Below the pieces are notes generated by a model. That model saw only the letters and a list, made by a program, of their open reading frames with translations, did not search any database and was not told the DNA's origin. This document shows positions 10,122-19,306 of a stretch of 44,360 nt of DNA, in pieces. Made by a program: the position numbers and the translations under genes. The DNA comes from Synechococcus sp. (GTDB lineage Bacteria; Cyanobacteriota; Cyanobacteriia; Thermostichales; PCC-7336): positions 1 through 44,360 of the forward strand of contig JBFRWD010000043.1 of assembly GCA_051439425.1 (NCBI GenBank), written 5' to 3'. Position 1 is the first letter of the stretch. Each line of letters starts with the position of its first letter.

Positions 10122-10174
10122 GGTTTTGCCATTACGGCCGCTAGAGTGAGGCATGTCGAATTCTGCTGCAGCAC

Positions 10175-12530
10175 ATGTCGGGGCAAACGCTACAGCTCTC
10201 AGAGCGAGGAAAGAAACTTGCAAGAGAAGCTCTTAAAAAGCTTGGTATGTCCCAGAAGAAACTAGCAGTGCGCCTGGAACTATCTGAGTGGTCAGTATCA
10301 AATTTTATGAGAGTTAAGCCAGTTAAATCGGAAAATTTTTTGAAACTCTGTGGTCATCTGAAGCTAGATATTGAGCAAGTAGTTGAAAAAATTGAAGAGC
10401 CAACTGACATTTCAGCACTGATCAAAGAAGTTCGAGCCAAAGTCTACGACGACATCAATTACCGCTGCGGCGCGATGCGTGTGTTAGATATGACGCAGCC
10501 TGTTGGAATGGGACAGATTTACACCCAAGTCAATATTTTGGAGAAGATCACTGGAGCAAGACGATTGGGCATCAGCGAGCTGATGGAGGCTTGCGAAGTG
10601 GAGAATTTCGAAAGAGTTGGCCTCGGAGATATTAAACAGAAAAAAGTACCGGGGTTAAAAGCGGTACAAGTTCACAATCGTCTGATGGTGCTAGGAAAAC
10701 CCGGAGCCGGAAAAACAACATTTCTAAAGTACTTGGCAACTCAATGCAATCAGGGTAGTGAGTTTCAAGAATTAGTCCCTATTTTTGTAACGCTCAAAGA
10801 GTTTGCTGAGGCAGAAGAATCACCCTCGTTACTGGAATACTTAAATGGCTATTTTCATAAAACTAAAGTACCTAATCCTAAGGAAACGCTGGAGAAGCTA
10901 CTCGAAGGAGATTCAACACTTATTCTTCTGGACGGCCTTGATGAAGTTAGGCAAGAGGATACAGGACGAATCTATAAGCAGATAGAAGACTTGGCCGCTC
11001 AGGCAGGAAATAGCTTTGTAGTTGTGACCTGTCGGATTGCTGCGAAAGAATATACTTTCGAGCACTTTACCGAAGTCGAGGTTGCTGACTTCGACAAAAG
11101 GCAGATAGTAGAGTTCTCTTCCAATTGGTATGGAAAGAGGAATCTTCCTAAAGCTCAGAAATTCACAGAAAAAATCAACAACAGTGTCCGAGTAAAAGAA
11201 TTGGCAACCAATCCACTTCTACTAACTATGTTGTGTTTACTCTTTGAAGAAAATACTGATTTTCCTGTCAATCGTTACGAACTATATCAAGAAGGAGTTA
11301 AGGTTTTACTCAAAAAGTGGGATGCCAATCGGAATATTGAACGGCAAGACGTATATAACAAGCTTTCTCCAAGACGAAAGGAAGATCTACTTAGCCACGT
11401 AGCTCTATCTGCTTTCGAAGAAGCAGAATATTTTTTTCAAGCAGAAGCGACTGGAAGAGCGAATCTGTGAATATGTTAGACATTTGCCTGAAGCCGAGTC
11501 AGATCCAGAAGCATTAGCTTTAGACGGAGAGGCTGTCCTTAAGGCAATTGAGGCTCATCATGGTTTACTCGTTGAACGTGCAAGAGGAATTTATTCTTTT
11601 TCTCACTTAACATTACAGGAATATTTTGCAGCCCGACAAATTATCGAAAATAGACCCACCTCTTTTGAAGCTTTAGTCGCCAGAGAAACTGATAAATCTT
11701 GGCGGGAAATTGTTCTGCTTACAGTTAATGGCCTATCTAGAGCAGATGATTTTATTCTATTGTTTAAGCAACATATAGATTCTCTTGTCTACGAAGAACT
11801 TGAAATTCAAAATATCCTAGTTTGGTTGCATAAAAAAACTGTACCTATAGACAGCTCGTATAAACCCGCAGCAGTCAGAGCCTACTACTTTTCCCGTGCC
11901 CTCAACCTTGCCTGTGCTCGTGCTCATGATCTTGAACTTGCCCGCACCTTTGAGCTTGCCCGTGATCTTGAGCTTTCGCATGACCTTGCCCGTGACTTTG
12001 CTCGAGAGCTTGAGCTTGAGCTGGACATTATTGACATTGACCCTAATCTTGCCCTTGACCTTGCCCTTGACCTTGCCCTTGACCGTGCTCGTGCTCTTGA
12101 TCGTGCTCGTACCTATGCCCTTGATCGTGCCTATACCTTTGACCGTGCCCGTGCCCTTGAACGTGCCCTTGACCGTGCCATTGATCGTGCTCAAAAAATA
12201 GATAAGCCAATGGCAGAACTTCTTGAAAATCTAAACAGTCAACTCCCTAAGAATTCAGATGAATGCGTCGAATGCTTTAAACAGGGCAACCGGAAATTCA
12301 CTAACAAGTTAACTTCCCTGATGCAAGAGCTTAGAAATTTTGGCCACGATTGGCAATTCAACACTAAACAAATAGAGATTTTGAAACATTATCTTGAATC
12401 AAATAAGTTCTTAGTCGAATGCCTCAACACCGACTGTTACGTCAATCTAGAAGTCCGCCAAGAAGTCGAAGGCACCCTTCTCCTCCCCATGTCCGAAATC
12501 GAAGCCTACAAAAAAGCTCATCCCAGATAG
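10175..12530 (+). pseudogene. HTH-NACHT (STAND NTPase) with helical C-terminal domain, interrupted by a 1-nt frameshift in a T7 tract at 11431-11437
   Basis: N-terminal XRE-like HTH (MSQKKLAVRLELSEWSVSNF), Walker A GKPGAGKTT, Walker B LILLDGLDE, TCR and NPLLL, then FSHLTLQEYFAA in the second ORF. Removing one T joins the ORFs as EYFFKQKRLEERICEYVRHLPE. Confidence 0.9.
11890..12190 (+). repeat. Low-complexity coding repeats (D/E-L-A-R/L units) in the NACHT C-terminal region
   Basis: CTTGCCCTTGAC x3 near 12048-12083 plus many degenerate GACCGTGCC/CTTGAT units, encoding LALDLALDLALDRARALDRAR. Confidence 0.85.
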
Positions 12531-12535
12531 AACTC

Positions 12536-12627
12536 TTACCGAACATTCAAAGACGGCGGCAGCTGATAATCCAATGACAATCCAAACGCCTGCAACAACT
12601 CCGATTCCTCCACCGTCACTCGCCCAT
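12536..12627 (-). repeat. Degenerate duplicate of the last 92 bp of the large M48 gene (13811-13902)
   Basis: Manual ungapped alignment gives 80/92 identity. It translates as GRVTVEESELLQAFGLSLDYQLPPSLNVR* against GRVTVKESELLRAFVLSLDCPLPPFLNIR*. Confidence 0.92.
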
Positions 12628-13731
12628 GTCTTTCGCCTCAGGAAAATAACTCACGATCGCTCGAATCCTAGCCACAATAGGCGGATGAGTCGCAAACAAC
12701 TTGCTGTCATCATCCAAACTCGAACAGAAAAACATGTGACACACCGCTTCCGCCTGAGGCGCAAGCATCTGCAATCCTCCTTCCAGCTTTGAAATCTTCC
12801 ACAACACAGAACACAAACTGCGAGGATTGCGAGTTAAGCGCACCGCAGCCACATCAGCCAAAAACTCGCTCTGTCGGGCAACCGCCGCTTGAATCAACCG
12901 ACTGAAAAGCAGCCCAACATACCCCGACACCTGGGCAAACACGTTCAATATCAATGCGAGGAAAGTAGTCAAAAAGAACATCGAGCCCTCATTGGAATCA
13001 ATCTCTGATTTATTTAATCGCCTAGATACAAACTTCCGAATACCGATATAAACCACAAGCAGGCTGTTCAAGAAAATGTAGAGCCAGGAATTAAAACCAG
13101 TATCTCCATTTAAAATATGGCCGAATTCGTGGGCAACCACCGCCTGAAGTTCGCTGCGGTTGAGCTTTTCAAGACATCCCTGAGTTACGCATATCGCTGA
13201 TGTTTGAATGGTAAAGCCGCTAGCAAACGCATTGATTCCAGATTCTTGCTCCAACACAAATATCCTTGGAGACGGGACCCCAGCCGCGATCGCCATTTCA
13301 TCCACAACATTACTCACCACAAGAAAGCCTGGATTCGTATCGCCATCCAGAATCTCGGTAGCACCCAAACTATAAGCAACCGCTGCTCCTCCCCGTCGCT
13401 TTAGTGCTCTAAATTTTGCAATAGCCGTAAAACAGACCATCGCCACAATACAAACCGTTAAACCAAGCAGAACATTCGGAAACCAAAAGTCCAACCGACT
13501 AACAAATGCCTGCCCGTACTCCTCAATCTCTAGGGTATCTAGCACGTCGAGACTGGCCTTGTATTGGAGGAAGAAATACTTGATGGGCGCAGCAACGATC
13601 AGAAATACGCAGTAGAAACTTAGAATCAGCGTGGACACGGTCGAGATGTAGGCGATCGCAAACAACAGAGACAACCGCTTCGTTATCCGCTTCGATTTTG
13701 CTCGGCGTTTATCTACATCAACGATGCTCAT
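12616..13731 (-). CDS. M48 (HtpX-like) membrane zinc metallopeptidase, short paralogue
   Basis: NVVDEMAIAAG, INAFA, AHEFGH (HExxH), EFLAD and ATHPP, with several transmembrane segments. Confidence 0.9.
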   Translation of the reverse strand: MSIVDVDKRRAKSKRITKRLSLLFAIAYISTVSTLILSFYCVFLIVAAPIKYFFLQYKASLDVLDTLEIEEYGQAFVSRLDFWFPNVLLGLTVCIVAMVCFTAIAKFRALKRRGGAAVAYSLGATEILDGDTNPGFLVVSNVVDEMAIAAGVPSPRIFVLEQESGINAFASGFTIQTSAICVTQGCLEKLNRSELQAVVAHEFGHILNGDTGFNSWLYIFLNSLLVVYIGIRKFVSRRLNKSEIDSNEGSMFFLTTFLALILNVFAQVSGYVGLLFSRLIQAAVARQSEFLADVAAVRLTRNPRSLCSVLWKISKLEGGLQMLAPQAEAVCHMFFCSSLDDDSKLFATHPPIVARIRAIVSYFPEAKDMGE

Positions 13732-13810
13732 ACATTTTTGTCAGCAACTACTCTGGCCATCTCTGCCTTGAAGTATTCGTTGGTAAGTCTCCCCAACATC
13801 CGAGCCTTGA

Positions 13811-15766
13811 TTACCGAATATTCAAAAACGGCGGTAGCGGACAATCCAACGACAGTACAAACGCCCGCAACAACTCCGATTCTTTTACCGTCACTCGCCC
13901 ATCCAACAACACCGTCCGCGCACAAGCCTCCACTACCGCCTGCTTCCCCTTCGGAGCCAACCGCCGCAAATTCTCCAATCCCGCATCCAAACTCTGCGTC
14001 GTAAACAGCGGCAAGCGATCGCCATTCTTCACCCGATCCGACACCGTCACATCCGCAGACCGCACCAACCGATCCACACCCGCCTGAAACGCAAAAACGC
14101 GATCGCCCTCCGAATCGTGCCCCGCCTTCGCCAGCGCCGCCACCAACGTCAAACAATCTCCAAGCACATCCGCAACGCTCTCGTACTTCACCGCCGGATT
14201 CAGCTCGCCCCCCAACGCCACCGTCAATCGACTGCGCAACACCGCCATCAAGGCAAACTCCGACAGCGACACCTCTCCATCCGCCATCACCAACTGATGC
14301 ACGTTATTGGCAAACATCTGACAGCCATCTGTCTCCATCCGCCGCAGTGCAGGCACGGCCAAATCCAACACCGGCAAGCACAATCGTAGATCTAGATTCT
14401 TCAGCGAGGCACCCACCTCAACTACTGCCGTCATCACCTCCTCTGGTTCCGTTTCCCTCAGCTTGCTCAACTGGTGATCGCGCATCTCCCCATCGTCATC
14501 CAACAACAACGCATACACGCACCCCTTCGCTCCCGGCAGAGTGTGTAGCTGCGCTCTCAACCTCTGCGGTAACTTCTGTAATAGAGCGTGAACCTGAGCG
14601 ATCCCCTTCTCATCTGCAATCCCAATCCGCTCTGCAATATCTTCAACCGCCATCGGAGCAGTACTTTCAGACACAACAGTCGCTGCCCGCTGCCCGCCCA
14701 CAGGAGCACTACCCACCAAACCACTGGCCAATCCAGCTGCTCCAGCAGGAGCCATACCAACAGTCGCTACCTGCGGTGCCGGATCGTGAAATTGAACGGC
14801 TCCACCCAATCTCCGAATGCGCTCAGCCAGCGGAGGATGGGACGCAAACGCTCTGCCTCCAAAGGACGACACCGCCGACCCAAAAAACAAATGACTGGCC
14901 GCTTCTGCCTGAGGTGCCAACACCGACGACCCCTGCGAATATCCAGCGATCTTCTGCAACGCACTGGCAATCCCGCTGGGGTTACGCGTAAACTGCACCG
15001 CCGATGCATCTGCCAAAAACTCCCGCTGACGGGATACGGCTGCCTTAATGGCTCGACTACACAACCAACCAATTCCCCCCACCGCAAACATCGCAAATCC
15101 CAATACCAAGGCCGGATTCCCTTTAGAATTTCGCGAACGATATCGAGGAGTGCTCATGCGCATCAGCAATCGTCCAGCCAAGTGGATCAGCAAAATCCCT
15201 TGCAAAACCCCAATCAACTTCAGATTGAGATTCATATCCCCATTCAGAATGTGGCTGAATTCATGAGCAATCACCCCCTGCAGCTCATCCCGATCGAGCT
15301 GCTCCAAACATCCCTGAGTCACCGCCACAGCAGCATCATTCGTGGTGAAACCCGCCGCAAATGCATTAATACCGTGCTCGTTAGCCAACACAAACATCCT
15401 GGGCACCGGCACCCCGGAGGCGATCGCCATCTCCTCCACCACATTCACAAATACCAACTGCTCGTCAGTCGCCATTTCCGCATACACTTCGCTCCCCCCC
15501 AAGCTCAAGGCCACCTGTGCCCCTCCCCCTTTCTTCAGTGCCAAATACTTCCACAAACTGCCGCTTCCCACCAGCAGTAACGTCCAAACAGTCACCCCAA
15601 AAAACGCCTCTGGGTACCAGAGAGTGGCGGTACTCGACCCCTGAGAAATCGTCACGGCAACCGCTAAATACAATCCAGTGATCGTGAAGGCGATCGCGGC
15701 AACAAACAGTCCCAACAACTGAGTCGTGTTGTGGCGGGCTTTGTCTTGGGATTCGAAAAAATTCAT
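13811..15766 (-). CDS. M48 (HtpX-like) zinc metallopeptidase with long C-terminal TerB-like helical region
   Basis: MNFFESQ start, AHEFSH, REFLADA and ASHPP. The C-terminus has ADGEVSLSE and LDGRVTVKE motifs and ends CPLPP. Confidence 0.93.
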   Translation of the reverse strand: MNFFESQDKARHNTTQLLGLFVAAIAFTITGLYLAVAVTISQGSSTATLWYPEAFFGVTVWTLLLVGSGSLWKYLALKKGGGAQVALSLGGSEVYAEMATDEQLVFVNVVEEMAIASGVPVPRMFVLANEHGINAFAAGFTTNDAAVAVTQGCLEQLDRDELQGVIAHEFSHILNGDMNLNLKLIGVLQGILLIHLAGRLLMRMSTPRYRSRNSKGNPALVLGFAMFAVGGIGWLCSRAIKAAVSRQREFLADASAVQFTRNPSGIASALQKIAGYSQGSSVLAPQAEAASHLFFGSAVSSFGGRAFASHPPLAERIRRLGGAVQFHDPAPQVATVGMAPAGAAGLASGLVGSAPVGGQRAATVVSESTAPMAVEDIAERIGIADEKGIAQVHALLQKLPQRLRAQLHTLPGAKGCVYALLLDDDGEMRDHQLSKLRETEPEEVMTAVVEVGASLKNLDLRLCLPVLDLAVPALRRMETDGCQMFANNVHQLVMADGEVSLSEFALMAVLRSRLTVALGGELNPAVKYESVADVLGDCLTLVAALAKAGHDSEGDRVFAFQAGVDRLVRSADVTVSDRVKNGDRLPLFTTQSLDAGLENLRRLAPKGKQAVVEACARTVLLDGRVTVKESELLRAFVLSLDCPLPPFLNIR

Positions 15767-15878
15767 GGCGGGAATGTCAACAGATGAGCTGTTCTGTTCG
15801 AAGCAAAATAATTGCGAGGGGAATCAGCGATCGAACTAATGCGAAGTCAATTTAGGAGCACTGGGTACTTGCTCTCCT

Positions 15879-15989
15879 TCAGGCTTGCTGCAGCAAACTC
15901 ACAGTCGGATAACACTGCCTGACAAACCACTAACTTCAGGTTTGCTGCAGCACCTCGTAATTAGATGAAACTCTTCATAGCAAGCCTGA
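15879..15989. repeat. Intergenic inverted-repeat element, copy 2
   Basis: TCAGGCTTGCT (15879-15889) ... AGCAAGCCTGA (15979-15989), with an internal second copy TTCAGGTTTGCTGCAGCA. Confidence 0.65.
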
Positions 15990-15996
15990 CAAATCA

Positions 15997-16590
15997 CTAA
16001 AAAGAAACCTGAGGAACGGCTTTCACTTCAGGAGCAGATTCTTCAAGAAGTTGTGCTTTAGCAAAGTTGAACATCCCAGACACAATATTGCTAGGAAAGA
16101 CTTCACGCTGAGTGTTGTAGACCGTCACAGAATCGTTGAACGATTGGCGGGCAAATGCGATCCGGTTCTCAGTCGATCGCAGTTCTTCCGACAGTTGTTC
16201 CATCGACGCATCAGCCTTCAAATCGGGATAAGACTCTGCTAGAGCAAATAATCGGCCCAGCGACCCTGTCAGCGCCGCTTCCGCTGCCCCCAATTGCTGA
16301 ATCGCAGCGGCATCGCTCGGGGCTTGAGCCGCTCTGGCACCTGCGTTCACCGCCATATTGCGGGCATTGATTACGGCTTCCAGCGTTTCCCGCTCGTGTT
16401 TCATATATCCCTTCACGGTCTCCATGAGGTTGGGAATGAGATCGTGACGGCGACGGAGTTGCACGTCAATTTGGGAATAGGCATTTTCGTAACGGTTGCG
16501 GGAGGTTACTAAGTTGTTGTAAGACCCAATCGCGATAACAATCGGGGTGACAATTAATGCCAAAAGAACGATTAGCACAATCCATATCAT
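15997..16590 (-). CDS. lemA: LemA family protein
   Basis: N-terminal TM helix, [38 protein letters not shown] and FPSN. The start is taken at MIWIV (16590). Confidence 0.95.
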   Translation of the reverse strand: MIWIVLIVLLALIVTPIVIAIGSYNNLVTSRNRYENAYSQIDVQLRRRHDLIPNLMETVKGYMKHERETLEAVINARNMAVNAGARAAQAPSDAAAIQQLGAAEAALTGSLGRLFALAESYPDLKADASMEQLSEELRSTENRIAFARQSFNDSVTVYNTQREVFPSNIVSGMFNFAKAQLLEESAPEVKAVPQVSF

Positions 16591-16816
16591 GGGCGAACTC
16601 GCAGTTGAGAACGATAAAAGTTCTAGCTGTCCAGAACCACCCGTTAACTTACCCATTCTGAGAGGTGTGTATTTTGGGTACGCGCGTTGTCTAAAAAAGG
16701 AGTGGGGATTCTCGGGGGACCTCAGATCGGGATGCTAGTTTGGGGGCGCACTTGACGATCGTCTACGAATTCTTGACTCGTCATTTGTCCTTGGTCATTC
16801 GTCATTGGTAGCTAGC

Positions 16817-16951
16817 ATGGTTGAATCCCACGATCCGAATACCGGTATTTCCGCTTGGATTCGAAGAAATCCTGGCGTCACGCTGTCGTTTGTTGTCATT
16901 ACGATTGTGTCTCTGAGCGCGTTTCTGTATTTCTTCACTACGGCTCGATAA
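16817..16951 (+). CDS. Putative 44-aa single-pass membrane protein
   Basis: Manual translation gives MVESHDPNTGISAWIRRNPGVTLSFVVITIVSLSAFLYFFTTAR*. It fills the gap ahead of the aldo/keto reductase. Confidence 0.55.
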   Translation: MVESHDPNTGISAWIRRNPGVTLSFVVITIVSLSAFLYFFTTAR

Positions 16952-16992
16952 CACTGCCGTTGTTGTTGTTCTGATTCGTCAGTTTGTCGTCC

Positions 16993-18126
16993 ATGTCCGC
17001 TCTCTCCCGTCGTTTTGGCAAAACCGAGCAACAGCTATCGGCGTTCTCGCTAGGAACGATGCGGTTGGTTAATTGTCCGGAATCTGTGGCCCGCAACACG
17101 GTTGTTTCGGCGGTGGAAAGAGGAATCGATCACATCGAAACGGCTCAAGCATACGGCATTAGCGAAGTTCGCCTGGGCAACATCCTGTCTCAAGACCTTT
17201 CCGGCTATCGAGATCGCCTCACCATCACCACCAAACTCGTTCCCAGCCTGCCGCCTAACAAGTTGAGAGAGGCGCTGGAGCGATCGCTAGATCGCCTGCA
17301 ACTGGATTACATCGACAACTTCGCCTTCCACGGCATCAACCTGCCCGAGCATTTAGAACTGGTATTAAACGGCGGTTTACAAACCGTACAAGAGGCCGTT
17401 GCGGAGGGATTAGTTAGGCACATTGGTTTTTCCACCCACGGAGCGCTTGAGTTAATCCAAACGGCAATTTCCACTCAAGCCTTCGATTTCGTCAACCTGC
17501 ACTACTACTATTTCAACCAGCGCAACCAGGCAGCCATTGCTCTGGCGAACCAGCAGGATATGGGAGTGTTCATTATTTCCCCTGCCGATAAAGGCGGAAT
17601 GCTCTACCAACCCCCTCAACTCCTGCAGGAACTGTGTCAGCCGTTCTCCCCCCTCGAATTTGGCTATCGCTGGCTACTCGAGAACCCCGCCATCCACACC
17701 CTCAGCCTCGGAGCAGCCCATCCCACCGATCTCGATGCTGCCTTTGCCGCGCTGGAACCCTCTGCCGACTGGCTGCAGCTCAAACAAGACATCGATCGCC
17801 GCATTCAAGACACCCTGGCCAAAGGGCTAGAGAGCGATCGCTGCTCCCAATGCTTTCAATGTCTCCCCTGTCCGGAAGCCATCAACATTCCTGAGGTGTT
17901 GCGCTTGCGCAACCTAGCTCAGGGGTTGGATATGACCGAGTTCGCCCAATATCGCTACAACATGTTTGAGAAGGCCGGACATTGGTTTCCCGGTCGCAAG
18001 GGCGATCGGTGCACGAAATGCGGAGATTGTTTACCCCGCTGTCCCGAACAGCTGAATATTCCCCACCTGCTTGCAGATTCGCACGAGCGATTAAACGTGC
18101 GCACCATTCGTCGTCTATGGGAGTAG
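16993..18126 (+). CDS. Aldo/keto reductase with C-terminal 4Fe-4S dicluster domain
   Basis: RRFGKT, FSLGTMR, IETAQAYG and HIGFSTHG; C-terminal CSQCFQCLPCP and CTKCGDCLPRCP. Confidence 0.93.
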   Translation: MSALSRRFGKTEQQLSAFSLGTMRLVNCPESVARNTVVSAVERGIDHIETAQAYGISEVRLGNILSQDLSGYRDRLTITTKLVPSLPPNKLREALERSLDRLQLDYIDNFAFHGINLPEHLELVLNGGLQTVQEAVAEGLVRHIGFSTHGALELIQTAISTQAFDFVNLHYYYFNQRNQAAIALANQQDMGVFIISPADKGGMLYQPPQLLQELCQPFSPLEFGYRWLLENPAIHTLSLGAAHPTDLDAAFAALEPSADWLQLKQDIDRRIQDTLAKGLESDRCSQCFQCLPCPEAINIPEVLRLRNLAQGLDMTEFAQYRYNMFEKAGHWFPGRKGDRCTKCGDCLPRCPEQLNIPHLLADSHERLNVRTIRRLWE

Positions 18127-18179
18127 GCTGCTTGCCGGAGTTTCCAAGAGGCAATATTGCTAGAAATTAGCCTGAAAAA

Positions 18180-19172
18180 TCACGCATAATAACCGCGATA
18201 CCACTCCACAAATTTACCGATTCCCTCTTTCAACGTAGTGGCGGGCCGGAAGCCGACATCTGCCATCAAATCATCCACATTGGCATAGGTTTCCAGAACA
18301 TCCCCCGGCTGTACGGGCATCATATTTTTCTCGGCAGTTTTCCCTAATGCCGCTTCGATTTCTTCGATAAATTCGCTCAGTTCAACCGACGTATTGTTAC
18401 CGATGTTGTAAACCTTGTAGCGGGCTTTTGAGGGTAACCCTCCCTCTTGGACTGGGGCTGGCTCGGGCCGTTTCTGCATTACCCGCACGATCCCTTCCAC
18501 AATGTCGTCAATGTAGGTGAAGTCCCGCCGCATTTTGCCGTAGTTGTAGACGTCAATCGGCTTGTCTTCTTCGATCGCTTTCACAAATTTGAAATAGGCC
18601 ATGTCCGGACGACCCATCGGACCGTACACGGTAAAGAAACGCAGCCCGGTAACGGGGATGCCGTAAAGGTGGCTGTAGCTGTGGGCCATCAGCTCGTTGG
18701 CTTTCTTACTGGCTGCATAGAGAGAAACAGGGCGATCGACCGAATCCGTTGTGGAAAAGGGGATTTTGCGATTGCCGCCGTAGACCGAACTGGAAGATGC
18801 GTAGACTAAGTGGCCCACCGACCCCTGACGGCATCCCTCCAAGATATTGGAGAAACCAACCAAGTTGCTATCAATGTAGGCCGCCGGGTTTTCAAGTGAA
18901 TAGCGAACGCCTGCCTGAGCTGCCAAATTCACAACAACGTCAAAAGGTTGGCCGGCAAACAGCGATTCCATCCCCTGCCGATCGCTCAGATCCTGCTTGA
19001 GAAATTCAAATTGAGCTTGCTGCGCCAGCAGATCTAAGCGGGCTTGCTTGAGAGACACATCGTAGTAATCATTGAGGTTATCGAGTCCTAAGACCGTGTG
19101 GCCATCTGCCAACAAGCGCTGACTGAGGTGATATCCGATAAATCCTGCAGCACCGGTAACTAATACCTTCAA
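18180..19172 (-). CDS. NAD-dependent epimerase (UDP-glucuronate 4-epimerase type)
   Basis: TGAAGFIG, NLAAQAGVRYS, YASSSSVYG, YAASKK and RFFTVYGPMGRPDMA. Confidence 0.95.
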   Translation of the reverse strand: MKVLVTGAAGFIGYHLSQRLLADGHTVLGLDNLNDYYDVSLKQARLDLLAQQAQFEFLKQDLSDRQGMESLFAGQPFDVVVNLAAQAGVRYSLENPAAYIDSNLVGFSNILEGCRQGSVGHLVYASSSSVYGGNRKIPFSTTDSVDRPVSLYAASKKANELMAHSYSHLYGIPVTGLRFFTVYGPMGRPDMAYFKFVKAIEEDKPIDVYNYGKMRRDFTYIDDIVEGIVRVMQKRPEPAPVQEGGLPSKARYKVYNIGNNTSVELSEFIEEIEAALGKTAEKNMMPVQPGDVLETYANVDDLMADVGFRPATTLKEGIGKFVEWYRGYYA

Positions 19173-19306
19173 ACCACCCTGTCCCTACACTCAATTGCTG
19201 CCTATATTTTGCCAGGGGACCTGCCAGCTAGAGCCTGTCAGGCTGACTTTTCGGGATGCGCTCACTCGCACAATCCCTTGCAATCAGCCTTATCTTGAGA
19301 CGCGAT

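Noticed and set aside
11817..12201. Alternative-frame ORFs with VKGT/LTLP repeats
   Set aside because: These are shadows of the low-complexity NACHT repeat tract.
12536..13902. The 92-bp repeat pair as a DGR template/variable region
   Set aside because: The 12 mismatches are not adenine-specific on either strand, and no reverse transcriptase is in the window.
13698..15644. Many long overlapping ORFs across the M48 gene, including a 330-aa antisense one
   Set aside because: They are explained by stop-codon depletion from the extreme codon skew, and have no protein-like motifs.
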